DNA of 64,000 bases from an uncultured delta proteobacterium (lineage in GTDB: Bacteria > Desulfobacterota > Desulfobacteria > Desulfobacterales > UBA2156): NCBI GenBank assembly GCA_963736855.1, contig CAVTQK010000015.1, forward strand, positions 32,001 to 96,000. The letters run 5' to 3'. Numbering within the stretch: the stretch's first letter is position 1; each line of letters begins with the position of its first letter. Below are positions 9,122 to 20,583 of this stretch, piece after piece. Position numbers and translations under genes: made by a program. The notes beneath the pieces are model-generated. The model was not told the DNA's origin and did not search any database. It saw only the letters and a program-made list of their open reading frames with translations.

Positions 9122-10591
9122 ATGCTACACCTGAGATGGGTCGACATCGAGAAAAAGGGGGTAAAGAACCTGATCGTTCCGGTCCTTGAAGATCGGGAGA
9201 TCACCGATCACCCGGCGATTGCCGGACTTGTCAGGCACGCCAGGACAATTCCGGAATTTAAAGGAGAAAAAGGAGACGAACTGGTCTTGTACCGACCCGG
9301 AAGCCTCCCGGTGGAACGGGTGTTCTTTGTAGGTCTGGGAAAATACAAAACGTTGGATCGGGAAGTCTTGCGCGCCTTTGCCGGAAAAGGAATTAAAAAA
9401 GGGATCGGGATGAAGCTTGCGGAAGTGATGATTGAAATCCCCTCCCCGGAACGCATCCAAAGAGATCCGGAGGACATCCTCGAGCCCATTCTGGAAGGCG
9501 CTCTTTTGGCCAACCACCGATTCACCCGGTACAAGGAAGAGAAAAAAGAGCGTGAGCTGGAAAAAATCGAGTTCTTGGCACCGCCTCCGATGCAGCGAAA
9601 GTTTCGGGATCTGCCCGAATCCGTTGAGACGGTGTGCGGGGCGACACTCCTGGCCCGGGAGTGGGTCTCCATGCCCCCCAATGAGAAGAAGCCGAAGCAG
9701 TTTGCGAAAGCCGTCATCGGCAAGGCCAAAAAAGCGGGATTGAAGACAATGCTTCTGAGCGAAAAGGCCTTACGGCAAAAGGGGTTCGGTTCCATGCTTT
9801 CGGTTTCGGCAGGGAGCGAGAGCCAGGCTCAGTTGGTGGTCTTGGAACACCATCCCGTCAAGACAGGAAAGCCCGTTGTGCTGGTCGGCAAGGGGGTAAC
9901 CTTCGATTCCGGCGGAATCAACCTGAAACCCGGCGCCGGAATGGAAGAGATGAAAACGGATATGTCCGGAGCCGCAACAGTGGCAGCAACCCTCATCGCA
10001 GCGGCCCGGATGAATATGAAGCGAAATCTGGTGGGTGTGCTGCCGATCGTGGAAAACATGCCCTCCGGAAGTGCGACCCGGCCCGGAGATATTGTGAAAA
10101 GCTTCTTGGGGAAAACTGTAGAAATCCTCAATACCGACGCGGAAGGAAGACTGATTCTCATCGATGCCCTGGCCTGGGCGGGAAAGTCCTACCGGCCGGA
10201 GATCATGATCGATTTGGCTACCCTCACCGGAGCCTGTGTCGTAGCTCTGGGTGAAAAGATCGCCGGGCTCTTCACGCCTGATGACAGTCTGGCCAAGGTG
10301 ATCCTGGAATCGGGGGAAAGAACCTTTGAGCGCTGCTGGCGGCTTCCCATGCCCGACGATTACAAGGAACTGCTTAAAAGCGACCTGGCCGATATCCGGA
10401 ATGTAGCCGAGTCCCGGTGGGGCGGCGCCATCCAGGGAGCCTTGTTTCTTTCCGAGTTTGTGAAGGATTGTCGCTGGGCCCATATCGACATCGCCGGACC
10501 GGCTTCCGCCAAGAAGGAGGGCCCGTATTGCGGCGTCAGCGGGACAGGATTCGGAGTCCGACTCCTCTGCAATGCCCTGACCAGGCTTTAA
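9122..10591 (+). CDS. pepA: Leucyl aminopeptidase (M17)
   Basis: VGKGVTFDSGG, MKTDMSGAA, NTDAEGRL, WAHIDIAG. Confidence 0.96.
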   Translation: MLHLRWVDIEKKGVKNLIVPVLEDREITDHPAIAGLVRHARTIPEFKGEKGDELVLYRPGSLPVERVFFVGLGKYKTLDREVLRAFAGKGIKKGIGMKLAEVMIEIPSPERIQRDPEDILEPILEGALLANHRFTRYKEEKKERELEKIEFLAPPPMQRKFRDLPESVETVCGATLLAREWVSMPPNEKKPKQFAKAVIGKAKKAGLKTMLLSEKALRQKGFGSMLSVSAGSESQAQLVVLEHHPVKTGKPVVLVGKGVTFDSGGINLKPGAGMEEMKTDMSGAATVAATLIAAARMNMKRNLVGVLPIVENMPSGSATRPGDIVKSFLGKTVEILNTDAEGRLILIDALAWAGKSYRPEIMIDLATLTGACVVALGEKIAGLFTPDDSLAKVILESGERTFERCWRLPMPDDYKELLKSDLADIRNVAESRWGGAIQGALFLSEFVKDCRWAHIDIAGPASAKKEGPYCGVSGTGFGVRLLCNALTRL

Positions 10592-10608
10592 TCGCAATCA
10601 TATCCATT

Positions 10609-11085
10609 ATGGCTCAGGAAATCGAACGCAAATTTTTAGTCACGGGTGACGGCTGGAAGGCCCTGAGCTGTGGCATAGTGTGTCAACAAGGATATCTGAG
10701 CCGAACCAAGGATTGCGTGGTCCGGGTTCGAATTGCGGATGATAAGGCCTACCTCTCAGTGAAAGGCGCGGTGACGGCCATCACGCGAACGGAATTCGAG
10801 TATGAAATTCCCTTTTCAGATGCCGAAGTCCTGCTTTCCGATTTCTGCGAAAAACCGCTGATTCAAAAGACGCGTCATCTCATTTCCTACAAAGGATTCA
10901 TCTGGGAAGTGGATGAGTTCTCAGGGGAAAATAAGGGACTTGTCATCGCCGAACTGGAACTCGAAAGTGAAGATCAGGTATTTGAAAAACCCGATTGGGT
11001 CGGCCCGGAGGTCACCGGCGATCCTAAATATTACAACGCCAATCTGGTGAAAAATCCTTATAATCATTGGACCGGAAAAGGTTGA
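10609..11085 (+). CDS. CYTH-domain protein (triphosphate tunnel metalloenzyme)
   Basis: MAQEIERKFLV (ExExK), EFEYEIP, WEVDEF, AELEL; ATG at 10609. Confidence 0.92.
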   Translation: MAQEIERKFLVTGDGWKALSCGIVCQQGYLSRTKDCVVRVRIADDKAYLSVKGAVTAITRTEFEYEIPFSDAEVLLSDFCEKPLIQKTRHLISYKGFIWEVDEFSGENKGLVIAELELESEDQVFEKPDWVGPEVTGDPKYYNANLVKNPYNHWTGKG

Positions 11086-11140
11086 ACCCTTCAGATTTCT
11101 TCGGCAAAAAAGAGCAGTAGAGGCGAAAAATATTTCGCCC

Positions 11141-12466
11141 CTACTGATAGCCTTCTTTTTTTAGGGTATCCAGCCGGACGGCTACGGATCCGGAATGGGC
11201 TGAAAGTCCCTCGATGTCGGCCAACTGAATAACACTTTCGGCTTCCCGCAAAAACGCTTCCCTGGAATAATAGATGAGACTTGTTTTTTTTAGGAAATGA
11301 TCCACGGAAAGCGCGGATGCGAAGCGGGCGGTTCCTGCTGTCGGTAGTACATGATTGGGTCCGGCGATGTAATCTCCCATGGGTTCCGGAGAATAGGGGC
11401 CAATGAATACCGCTCCGGCATGACGGATCCGGGATAAGTGCGCCATGGGGTCTTCGATCATAAGCTCTAAATGTTCTGGTGCAACGCGGTTGGCCAGATC
11501 AAAGGCCGTGTTGAGGTCCGGGACGACAAGGATCAATCCGAATTGTTCGATGGATTTTCGGGCGATTTCTTTCCGGTCAAGGGTTTTCAGGCGGATTTCT
11601 ATGGCTTTTGAAACCTCTTCAGCAATATTCTGAGAATCGGTGATGAGAATGGCTGAAGCCAGCATGTCGTGTTCGGCCTGGGAGAGAAGGTCCGCTGCGA
11701 CGAATTCTGGATTTGCCTTGTGGTCGGCCAGGATTAAAATCTCACTGGGGCCGGCGATCATGTCGATTCCCACTTCTCCGGCCAGAAGCTTCTTGGCCGC
11801 CGTTACAAAAATATTCCCGGGCCCGACGATGACATCGACCTTCGGAATCGTTTGTGTGCCAAAGGCAAGGGCGGCAATCCCCCATGCGCTTCCGGCCTTG
11901 AAAACCGTATCGGCTCCGGCCATTTGGGCTGCCACCAGAAGATGTGGATTCACCGACCCGTCCGACGTCGGCGGGGTGATCATGACCACTTGTTTGACAC
12001 CGGCAATTTTTGCCGGGATGACCCCCATTAAAACGGAGGAGACCAGCGGTGTTTTGCCACCGGATCCTCCGGGTACATATACCCCTGCCCGATCCACCGG
12101 TCGCACCAGTTGTCCTAAAAGCGTTCCGTTTCGCTCTGTGTGTATAACCGAGGCGGGAAGTTGCCGCCGGTGAAAGGCCTCGATCTGGTTTTCGGCAAGC
12201 TTGATGGCTTTAAGGAAACGACGGCTGACCCGGGTTCTCGCTTGAGTGAATTCTTCGGGAGTGGCGAGAAGGGATTCGATTTTAAAGCCCGGAGCGTCGA
12301 AACGCCGCGTGTAGGAAAGCACGGCTTGATCTCCGTTTTTTTTCACGTCCTCCAGGATCTTCTGCACCGCCGTCAGGTCTTTTTTCCGGATGTGCAAACC
12401 CCGATTAACAATCTGCTCAAGCCTTTTTTCCGCTGCTGTCGAAGGAAACGAATAACCTTTCATCAT
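11141..12466 (-). CDS. hisD: Histidinol dehydrogenase
   Basis: [45 protein letters not shown]. Confidence 0.97.
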   Translation of the reverse strand: MMKGYSFPSTAAEKRLEQIVNRGLHIRKKDLTAVQKILEDVKKNGDQAVLSYTRRFDAPGFKIESLLATPEEFTQARTRVSRRFLKAIKLAENQIEAFHRRQLPASVIHTERNGTLLGQLVRPVDRAGVYVPGGSGGKTPLVSSVLMGVIPAKIAGVKQVVMITPPTSDGSVNPHLLVAAQMAGADTVFKAGSAWGIAALAFGTQTIPKVDVIVGPGNIFVTAAKKLLAGEVGIDMIAGPSEILILADHKANPEFVAADLLSQAEHDMLASAILITDSQNIAEEVSKAIEIRLKTLDRKEIARKSIEQFGLILVVPDLNTAFDLANRVAPEHLELMIEDPMAHLSRIRHAGAVFIGPYSPEPMGDYIAGPNHVLPTAGTARFASALSVDHFLKKTSLIYYSREAFLREAESVIQLADIEGLSAHSGSVAVRLDTLKKEGYQ

Positions 12467-12660
12467 GAAACTCCGTCGATTTTAACATCCTGATGCTTTG
12501 GAATAGATTTGGCGACCAGTTTAGAGGGAACACCCGGTGAAGTCAACAGATACGCCTGCGAAAAACCCGAATGCATAAGATACCCGTTGACATGCGACGA
12601 TCATCAAAATAGGAAGAAACCTTTGGGGAAACGCCCGATAATTCAATATGGAGGATACAG

Positions 12661-13749
12661 ATGAAACAAAAACGGATTCACAATTTCAATGCCGGGCCCG
12701 CGGCCCTTCCGCTGGAGGTTTTAAAAGAGGTTCAGGAAACATTTCTGAATTTTTCCGGTTCCGGAATGTCGATCACCGAGATCAGCCACCGCTCTAAGTG
12801 GTTCGAGGATGTCATCAATGATGCGGTAGTAAGAACCCGACGCCTCTTGAAACTGGATGATCGGTATCATGTTTTGTTCATTCAGGGCGGGGCCAGCCTG
12901 CAGTTTTGCATGATTCCCATGAACTTTTTAAAAGATGGCGAGAGCGCGGACTATGTGAATACCGGCACGTGGTCCACGAAGGCCATCAAGGAGGCCAAAA
13001 TCCTCGGTAAAAAGGTCAATGTGGCGGCCTCTTCCGAGGATGACGGTTTTTCCTACATCCCCAAAAATATTTCCTTCAACGCGGATGCGGTGTTCTGCCA
13101 TATCACTTCCAACAACACCATCAAGGGGACCCAGTGGGAAAGGTTCCCGGATACGGGGAAGGTCCCTCTCATTGCCGATATGTCTTCGGATATCATGAGC
13201 CGTCGTTTTGATGTTAACCCGTTTGGGTTGATCTATGCGGGCGCCCAGAAAAATATCGGGCCTGCCGGTGTATGCATGGTGATCGTGCGCAAAGACATGC
13301 TGGAAAAAGTGCCCGGGAATCTTCCTTCCATGCTCAAGTATACCACCTATTCGGAATCCAACTCTTTGTACAACACACCCCCGTGTTTTTCGGTCTACAT
13401 GATACAACTGGTTTTGAAGTGGCTGGAGGAAAAAATCGGCGGACTGGAGAAGATGGAGGCCATCAACCAGAAGAAGGCAAAGCTTCTTTACGATGTCCTG
13501 GATGCCGGAGGCTTTTACCGTGGTACGGCTCGGCTCGGGAGCCGTTCCATGATGAACGTGACCTTCCGGCTTCCCTCCGAGGACTTGGAAACCCGGTTCA
13601 TCAAGGAAGCCATGGAAAACGATCTCGGAGGGCTGAAAGGGCATCGGAGCGTAGGCGGATGCCGTGCTTCCATCTACAACGCCACAGGGATAGATGGCCT
13701 AAAAGCCCTGGTGGATTTCATGAAGGTGTTCGAGAAGAAAAACGGTTGA
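12661..13749 (+). CDS. serC: Phosphoserine aminotransferase
   Basis: NFNAGPAALP, EISHRS, GAQKNIGPAG, LYNTPP, GHRSVGGCRASIYN. Confidence 0.97.
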   Translation: MKQKRIHNFNAGPAALPLEVLKEVQETFLNFSGSGMSITEISHRSKWFEDVINDAVVRTRRLLKLDDRYHVLFIQGGASLQFCMIPMNFLKDGESADYVNTGTWSTKAIKEAKILGKKVNVAASSEDDGFSYIPKNISFNADAVFCHITSNNTIKGTQWERFPDTGKVPLIADMSSDIMSRRFDVNPFGLIYAGAQKNIGPAGVCMVIVRKDMLEKVPGNLPSMLKYTTYSESNSLYNTPPCFSVYMIQLVLKWLEEKIGGLEKMEAINQKKAKLLYDVLDAGGFYRGTARLGSRSMMNVTFRLPSEDLETRFIKEAMENDLGGLKGHRSVGGCRASIYNATGIDGLKALVDFMKVFEKKNG

Positions 13750-13891
13750 AGGGTGGCTTGACTTTTTTTGCCGGGGTCGGTACCCTTGCTTTAACAAAAC
13801 GATCTGGAGGGTTGTCCAAATCCGGATGAAATTTCAGGGTCCGGATAATGAGAAACAGACAGGTTTTCAGCGTTGGGAAAAGGAGGGAAGC

Positions 13892-15634
13892 ATGGATAAG
13901 ATTCTGAGGATCGATGTGGGGGCCGAAGGCGGCCCGAAGATCAAAGTGACCGATCTCGGAGCATATGCCGGTCTAGGGGGCCGTGCCATGACTTCGGCCA
14001 TCGTATCAAAAGAGGTCCCGCCCCTTTGCCACCCCTTGGGGGCCGACAACAAATTCGTAATCGCTCCGGGAATTTTGAGCGGAACCACCGCTGCCATGTC
14101 CGGGAGAATCTCTGTGGGCTGCAAGAGTCCGCTGACCGGGGGCATCAAGGAAGCCAATTCCGGCGGGCAGCCTTCTCAGATGCTCGCCCGTCTGGGATAT
14201 GCGGCCATCATTTTGGAGGGAAAGCCCAAAGACGACACCCTTTATAAAATCTTCATCAACAAGGACGGAGTCAACATTAAACCGGACAACAGCCTGAAGA
14301 CTTTAGGCAATTATGATGTCGTCGAAAAGATGAAAAGTGAGTTCGGAGAAAAGATCGCCTGCATCTCCATCGGGCCGGCCGGTGAAATGAAGATGTCAGC
14401 GGCCTCCGTGGCCTGCACCGATATGGAACAGAGGCCGACCCGGCATTGCGGAAGGGGCGGTGTTGGTGCGGTCATGGGATCCAAGGGCATCAAAGTCATC
14501 GTCATCGACGACGAAGGGACCACCATGCGGATCCCCAAGGACGCTGAGAAATTTAAGGAAGCCAACCGGGTCTTCGTGGCCGGCCTGAAAAAGCATCCGG
14601 TTTCCGGCCAGGGTCTTCCGACTTACGGCACCAATGTGCTGACCAACGTCATCAACGAGGCGGGTGGATACCCCACCCGAAATTTTTCCTCCGGTCGATT
14701 CGAGGGGGCCTCCAAGATCAGCGGCGAAACCCAGGCTGCTCTGGAGAACGAGCGGGGGGGCGAAGGGTCCGCCACCCACGGATGCCACCGGGGCTGCATA
14801 ATCCGGTGCTCGGGGACCTTTTATGACAAGGACGGCAACTACGTTACCAAGCAGCCCGAATATGAGACCGTATGGGCCCATGGTGGCAACTGTGGCATCG
14901 ACGACCTGGACGTTATCGCTCAGATCGACCGACTGGATGACGACTACGGACTCGACACTATCGAAATGGGAGCCACCATCGGCGTGGCCATGGAAGCCGG
15001 ATTGGCGAAATTCGGGGACGCCCAGGCCGCTATCAACCTTGTCAAAGAAGTGGGGAAGGGGACCGACCTGGGACGCATCCTCGGAAACGGAGCTGCGGTC
15101 ACCGGAAAGGTCTTCGGCGTGGAGCGGGTACCCGTAGTGAAGGGACAGGCCATGCCGGCCTATGATCCGAGGGCGGTACAAGGGGTTGGCGTAACCTATG
15201 CCACCAGCACCATGGGGGCCGACCATACGGCCGGGTATGCGGTGACCGCCAATATCCTGGGCGTCGGCGGAACTGTCGATCCGCTGAAGCCGGTAGGACA
15301 GGTGGAGCTTTCCCGGAATCTCCAGATCGCCACTGCGGCCGTCGATGCTACCGGCATGTGCATCTTCATCGCCTTCGCAGTGCTGGACCAGCCGGAGACG
15401 TTTCAGGCTCTCATCGATATGATCAACGCCTTTTATGGACAGAACCTGACGGCCGACGACGTTGCCAATTTAGGTAAATCAATTCTGAAAAATGAAAGGG
15501 AGTTCAATAAAGCGGCGGGATTCACACCTCAGCATGATCGGCTTCCCAGCTATTTTATTAAAGAAAAACTCCCTCCTCACAATATCACCTTCCAGGTATC
15601 GGACACGGAGTTGGATCAACTGTTCAACTGGTAA
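13892..15634 (+). CDS. aor: Tungsten aldehyde:ferredoxin oxidoreductase family protein
   Basis: KSPLTGGIKEANSGG, GRGGVGAVMGSK, CHRGCIIRC, PEYET, YDPR; RBS AGGAGG before ATG 13892. Confidence 0.92.
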   Translation: MDKILRIDVGAEGGPKIKVTDLGAYAGLGGRAMTSAIVSKEVPPLCHPLGADNKFVIAPGILSGTTAAMSGRISVGCKSPLTGGIKEANSGGQPSQMLARLGYAAIILEGKPKDDTLYKIFINKDGVNIKPDNSLKTLGNYDVVEKMKSEFGEKIACISIGPAGEMKMSAASVACTDMEQRPTRHCGRGGVGAVMGSKGIKVIVIDDEGTTMRIPKDAEKFKEANRVFVAGLKKHPVSGQGLPTYGTNVLTNVINEAGGYPTRNFSSGRFEGASKISGETQAALENERGGEGSATHGCHRGCIIRCSGTFYDKDGNYVTKQPEYETVWAHGGNCGIDDLDVIAQIDRLDDDYGLDTIEMGATIGVAMEAGLAKFGDAQAAINLVKEVGKGTDLGRILGNGAAVTGKVFGVERVPVVKGQAMPAYDPRAVQGVGVTYATSTMGADHTAGYAVTANILGVGGTVDPLKPVGQVELSRNLQIATAAVDATGMCIFIAFAVLDQPETFQALIDMINAFYGQNLTADDVANLGKSILKNEREFNKAAGFTPQHDRLPSYFIKEKLPPHNITFQVSDTELDQLFNW

Positions 15635-15653
15635 CCGAACCGTGTAATGTGAT

Positions 15654-15690
15654 AAAGCGCGGGGAAGCCGGAAGGCTTCCCCGATGCTTT
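15654..15690 (+). terminator. Hairpin downstream of aor
   Basis: CGGGGAAGCC-GGAA-GGCTTCCCCG stem; short T-tract. Confidence 0.55.
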
Positions 15691-15724
15691 GATACCTTCT
15701 CCGGTTTGAGGAAAAGGAAAAACG

Positions 15725-16309
15725 ATGAAGGTAACCATTGAAACCCGAAGCTTACGACCGTTCATGAGGCTCCTGGAGGAGGGGGTAATCCTTCGGGTGC
15801 CCGAGGGGGTGTCTGTCCGAGAGGCCCTGGTGACGCATTTCGCATTGGATCCGCTTTATGTGGAAAACCGGGTCAGGACCCTGTTTTTAAACGGCAAACC
15901 CGTGGATGATCTGGATAACACGCGCGTATCGAATGGTTCGGTCCTTGCCCTTTCTGCGGCCATGCCCGGCCTCGTGGGGGCGACCATGCGCCGGGGCGGC
16001 TATTATGCGGCGATGCGCCAGCATATCGACCCCATAACACAACCTCCGGAGACCTGGAAAGCCTCCGGTAGGGTGACCTTCAAACTTTTCAACATGGTGG
16101 CACAGGATTTGCGGGAAGCCCTTTTCCAGGGGGGCGTCAGGATTCCCGTCGAGAGGTTTCAAACATTTTTAAATGACCAGGAAGAGGTCCTCAAGACCGT
16201 CTGTATCCGCATCTCGGCGGACGGCTCTTCAGTTTCCTTTTCAGAACTGTTGTCGATGACTTTTGATGAGGACGACGTTTTCCTGATCCTTATATCTTCT
16301 CCTGTTTGA
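15725..16309 (+). CDS. Hypothetical protein with ThiS/MoaD-like (beta-grasp) segment
   Basis: 194 aa, [21 protein letters not shown]...[12 protein letters not shown] resembles ubiquitin-like sulfur carriers. Confidence 0.7.
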   Translation: MKVTIETRSLRPFMRLLEEGVILRVPEGVSVREALVTHFALDPLYVENRVRTLFLNGKPVDDLDNTRVSNGSVLALSAAMPGLVGATMRRGGYYAAMRQHIDPITQPPETWKASGRVTFKLFNMVAQDLREALFQGGVRIPVERFQTFLNDQEEVLKTVCIRISADGSSVSFSELLSMTFDEDDVFLILISSPV

Positions 16310-16336
16310 AGGCGCTGTTGCGTCGGGCATTTTCAA

Positions 16337-17521
16337 TTATTCGCAAAGCTCGAAAAGCGCCGCAGCCCCCATCCCACCGCCGATGCACATGGTTTCGATG
16401 CCGTATTTCACACCCTCCGCTTTCATGTTGGCCAACAGCGTGGCGCAGAGTTTGGCCCCGGTGCATCCCAAGGGATGCCCCAGGGCGATAGCCCCGCCGT
16501 TGATGTTGACCTTTTCCGGATCCAGTCCGAGCTGTCGGATGCACGCAAGGGCCTGTGAAGCAAAAGCCTCGTTGAGTTCAATCAGTCCCACTTCCTTTAA
16601 GTCGATCCCGGTCTGGCGGAGCAGTTTGGGGACCGCATAGAGGGGCCCGAGCCCCATCTCGTCGGGCCTGCATCCGGCCACCGCATATCCTTTCAATTTG
16701 GCGATGGGGGAAAGCCCCAGTTGTATGACCTTCTCTTCGCTCATGAGTAATGATGCGGCCGCACCATCAGTCATCTGGGAAGAGTTGCCAGCCGTTACTG
16801 TCCCGCCGACCTTGAAGACCGGTTTGAGCTTGGCAAGATCATTCAGGGTGGTTTCGGGGCGAATGCCGTCGTCGTGTTCAATGAAAAAAGTTTCTTTTTT
16901 ATAGGTGCCGTTTTCCTGCAGGACGTGCCGGACTGCCGGAGTTGGAACGATCTCGGTAAATCTCCCGGTTTTCCGGGCCTCGGCCGCTTTCATCTGGGAA
17001 CGGTAGGCAAAGGCATCCTGATCCTCCCGGCTGACATGGTAACGCTTTGCGACGTTTTCGGCGGTGAGCCCCATGGAAATGAAGATGTCCGGATGGTTCT
17101 GGCTGAATTCCGGATGCGGTCTCGGAATACTCCCGAGCATCGGCACATATGTCATGGATTCCAATCCGCCACCGATGGTGATATCCACCCATCCGCACAT
17201 GATCCGCATGGCCGCCAGTGCGATGGCCTCGATGCCGGAAGAACAAAACCGGTTGATGGTGGCCCCGGTGACTTCCACCGGAAATCCCGCCATGAGGGTG
17301 ACGATTCTTCCGATGTTAAGGCCCTGCTCCGCTTCCGGGAAAGCGCACCCAATCATGATGTCTTCCACGTCTTTTTTTTCGACGTTGGGGGTCCGGGCCA
17401 CGACCTCGTTCAGGATGAAAGAGGCAATTTCCTCCGGCCGGGTGTCTTTCAGCGCACCTTTTGCCCGTTTGCACCCGGGGGTCCGTATGGATGTAACAAT
17501 ATAGGCATCTCTCATGGTCAC
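16337..17521 (-). CDS. fadA: Acetyl-CoA C-acyltransferase (thiolase)
   Basis: [29 protein letters not shown]. Confidence 0.93.
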   Translation of the reverse strand: MTMRDAYIVTSIRTPGCKRAKGALKDTRPEEIASFILNEVVARTPNVEKKDVEDIMIGCAFPEAEQGLNIGRIVTLMAGFPVEVTGATINRFCSSGIEAIALAAMRIMCGWVDITIGGGLESMTYVPMLGSIPRPHPEFSQNHPDIFISMGLTAENVAKRYHVSREDQDAFAYRSQMKAAEARKTGRFTEIVPTPAVRHVLQENGTYKKETFFIEHDDGIRPETTLNDLAKLKPVFKVGGTVTAGNSSQMTDGAAASLLMSEEKVIQLGLSPIAKLKGYAVAGCRPDEMGLGPLYAVPKLLRQTGIDLKEVGLIELNEAFASQALACIRQLGLDPEKVNINGGAIALGHPLGCTGAKLCATLLANMKAEGVKYGIETMCIGGGMGAAALFELCE

Positions 17522-17536
17522 TTCTCCTTCAGATTA

Positions 17537-19940
17537 TCAATTCCGTAAGGGTTTCCCGGTCTTGAGCATGTGTTCCACCCGGGCATGGGTTTTCGGCTCT
17601 TTCCAAAATTTAACGAAGGCTTCCCGTTCCAAAGCGAGGATGACGTCGTCCAAGACTTCTCCCTTGTCGCGGACATCTCCGCCGCTGATGACGCGGGCGA
17701 TATGCCGGGCGAGGAAAACATCATAGTCGGAAATAAATCCGCCCTGGGACATGTTGAAAAGCTCTGCGTTGGCCATTCCCTGTCCGGCCATTCCCATAAC
17801 TTTCACCGGACGCTTTAGTGGCGGTGTGTACCCCTCGAAAGCCATTTTGGCCGCCTCTTTTTTAGCCTCTCCGATGAGGTAATCTTTATTGAAAACGATG
17901 CGGTCGTTGGGTCCAAGAAATCCGATGCCCCTGGCATCGGCGGCCGAAGTGGAAACCTTGGCCGTGGCGATAGTGGTGAAGGCGGAAACGAAAAAGCGCC
18001 CCAGTTCGATATTGGTAACCGATTCCGGAATGCCGGAAATGATTTTGCGCCACAGATTCAGACACCCGCCGCCGGCCGGGAGGAGTCCCACGCCGAACTC
18101 CACCAGTCCCATATAGAGATCCGCATGGGCCACGATCCGGTCCGCGGAAAGGCAGAGTTCGCAGCCGCCTCCCAAAGTCAGCCCGTAAGGCGCCGCCACA
18201 ACAGGGAAGGGCGCATATCTGGCCCTCTGGAGCACATCCTGAAATTTTTTTACAACTTCTTCGATGACCTGGAATCGGCCCTGCATGGCCAATTGGGCCA
18301 TCAGAAAAAGATCCGCGCCCGCTGAAAAAGCCCCCGGCATGCCTCCGGCCTGGTTTCCGATGACCAGCCCCACCCCGTTCTGATCCACATGGTCGATGCT
18401 GAAATCCAACATCTCGATGATTTCATCGTTGATGGCATTCATCTTGGTGTGGAACTCGCAGCAGAAAACGCCGTCCCCTAAATCCACGAGGGTGGCTGAC
18501 GGACAGGAGCGGACGATCCGATCGGCGGCTTTGAGGTTCTTCAAGTAAGACGATGCTCGGGCTGACGCGAACCGGTTTGTAGCCGTTTGTGGAAAAGTCA
18601 TAATATTGAAGGTTGCCGTCCTCAAGTCGGTAGAAGGATTCGACGCCGGATCGGATCATCTTTTTGATCTTTTCCGGAACGGTAAAACCCTCTTGTTCCA
18701 TTCTATCCACGGATTCTTTCAGACCCACGGCGTCCCACTGCTCGAAGGGACCCATTTCGAAATTAAATCCCCACTTCATGGCATTGTCGATCTCGATGAT
18801 GGTGTCCGCAATTTCCGGGATCCGGTTGGCGGCATAAATCCACCCATTGGCTACTACTTTCCAGGCAAATCGCGCTCCGGCATCTTCTCCGAAAAGGATC
18901 GCCTTCATCTTGTCGGCAAGGGTTTGGGATTTATTGGCCTCGGCAAGGCAGGGAAAGACCGGTGGTTCGAATTCCTCATACTCGAAGGTGTCAGGGTTTA
19001 AAACCCTGGTAATTTTTTTCCCTTGGGGCGTCTTTTCGGTTTTATAAAAACCGCTTTCTGTCTTGTTTCCGAAGAGTTTGCGACGGATCATTTCCTGTAC
19101 AAAGGCCGGAAGGACATAGCTTTCCCGATCCTCGTCATCTCTTACCATATCGTAGGTGTTTTTAGCGATGAGTCCCAGAGTGTCGATTCCTACGAGGTCC
19201 GAAAGCCGGAAAAGCGCAGTCTTAGGCCTTCCTAAAGCCGGTCCGAATAGGGCATCCACATCTTGAATCTGAAAGCCCTCATGCACCATAAGATTGAGAG
19301 CCTTGAGAAGGCCCTGGACACCGATCCGGTTGCCAACAAAATTGGGGGTGTCCTTGGCCCATACGATCCCTTTTCCTAGAATCCTCTCCCCGAAATCCGA
19401 CACAAACGCCAGGATCTCCGGCAAGGTGGCTTCGCCAGGGATGATCTCCAAAAGCTTCATATACCGAACCGGGTTGAAAAAGTGAGTCCCCAGAAAGTGC
19501 TTCTTGAAGGCTTGGCTCAGACCTTCCGAGATGGCTTTCAAGGGGATTCCCGATGTGTTGGTGGAGACGATGGCATCGGGGTTTTTCACCTTTTCGATGC
19601 GCTGAAACAGTTCCCTTTTGACCTTCAGATTTTCCACCACCACCTCGATGATCCAGTCACAATCGGAAAGTTTGGAAAAATCGTCCTCCAAGTTTCCGAT
19701 ACGGATCCGATCCGCATCTTTGGGGGTCATAAAGAGAGGCGGAACGGATGAAAGCGCTGCCTGAAGGCCGTTTTTAACAATCCTGTTCCTTGCGACCGGG
19801 TCGTTTTTTTCGGAGTCTTTCAAATCTGGTGGGACGATGTCCAAAAGTAGAGTTTTCATGCCGGCGCCGGCGAAGAGAGCCGCAATGCCGCCCCCCATAA
19901 TACCGGAACCGATGACTGCAACCTGCCTTATTCTTCTCAT
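17537..19940 (-). pseudogene. fadN: 3-hydroxyacyl-CoA dehydrogenase/enoyl-CoA hydratase (FadN-type), split by a 1-nt frameshift near 18545
   Basis: Upstream ORF has VIGSGIMGG, HFFNPVRYMKLLE; downstream frame has CEFHTKMN, LGGGCE, MLKTGKPLRN; span 2404 nt = 801 codons + 1. Confidence 0.85.
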
Positions 19941-19987
19941 CTTAAAAATCCTCCTCCAAACGGGTGAAACGGATCAAAGGAAAAAAG

Positions 19988-20005
19988 TGAATGAATATTC
20001 ATTCA
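19988..20005. promoter_or_regulatory. Palindromic operator (FadR/YsiA-type TetR box)
   Basis: Perfect palindrome TGAATGAATATTCATTCA 48 bp upstream of fadN. Confidence 0.8.
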
Positions 20006-20250
20006 TTTATCAAGGCCTATCGGTTGTTGTCAAGGAAAAATCCGCCTCTCTTTCAAACGCATCTTTGCCTAAATGAGGCACTTATCGGCTTTCGGCTGGT
20101 TAATCGGATGATTGCAGACAGATGAAATTTGAATCTACCGTCTATGGCTTTAGAAATCCGGGGTCTTTTGGACTCAAATGAAAAAGCGAGTTCCGTTTCG
20201 ACCCGAATCTATAACCGATAATCGATACCAAACCATGGTATGCTACAAAA

Positions 20251-20268
20251 TGAATGAATATTCATTTC
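20251..20268. promoter_or_regulatory. Second FadR-type box (imperfect)
   Basis: TGAATGAATATTCATTTC, 16/18 match to the first box. Confidence 0.6.
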
Positions 20269-20276
20269 CTAGAAGA

Positions 20277-20390
20277 TCAAAAGATCCATTTTTTGAAGAT
20301 ATCGAGAATCACCTCCCGTCGGATGGGTTTGGAAATGTAGTCGTTCATTCCGGCTTCCAGGCACCGATCCCGGTCCCTTTTAAGGATCAC
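20277..20390 (-). pseudogene. C-terminal fragment of a receiver domain (hybrid kinase remnant)
   Basis: VILKRDRDRCLEAGMNDYISKPIRREVILDIFKKWIF*; the N-terminal part of the domain is absent. Confidence 0.75.
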
Positions 20391-20583
20391 AAGATGACAT
20401 GGCGAGATGACGGAGGCGCTTTACAAGCGCATAAAGATATGGAATACTCTTACCTAAGTTGATCGTTTTCAATTTGGCAAAAAAGAATTGTGTTTGAATA
20501 TCTTTGTGTTGGAACGGAGTTGACTCTTCCGATTGCCCACCCGTCGGGTGTACCATAAAAGGCATGCAGTGGAATGATTTGCC

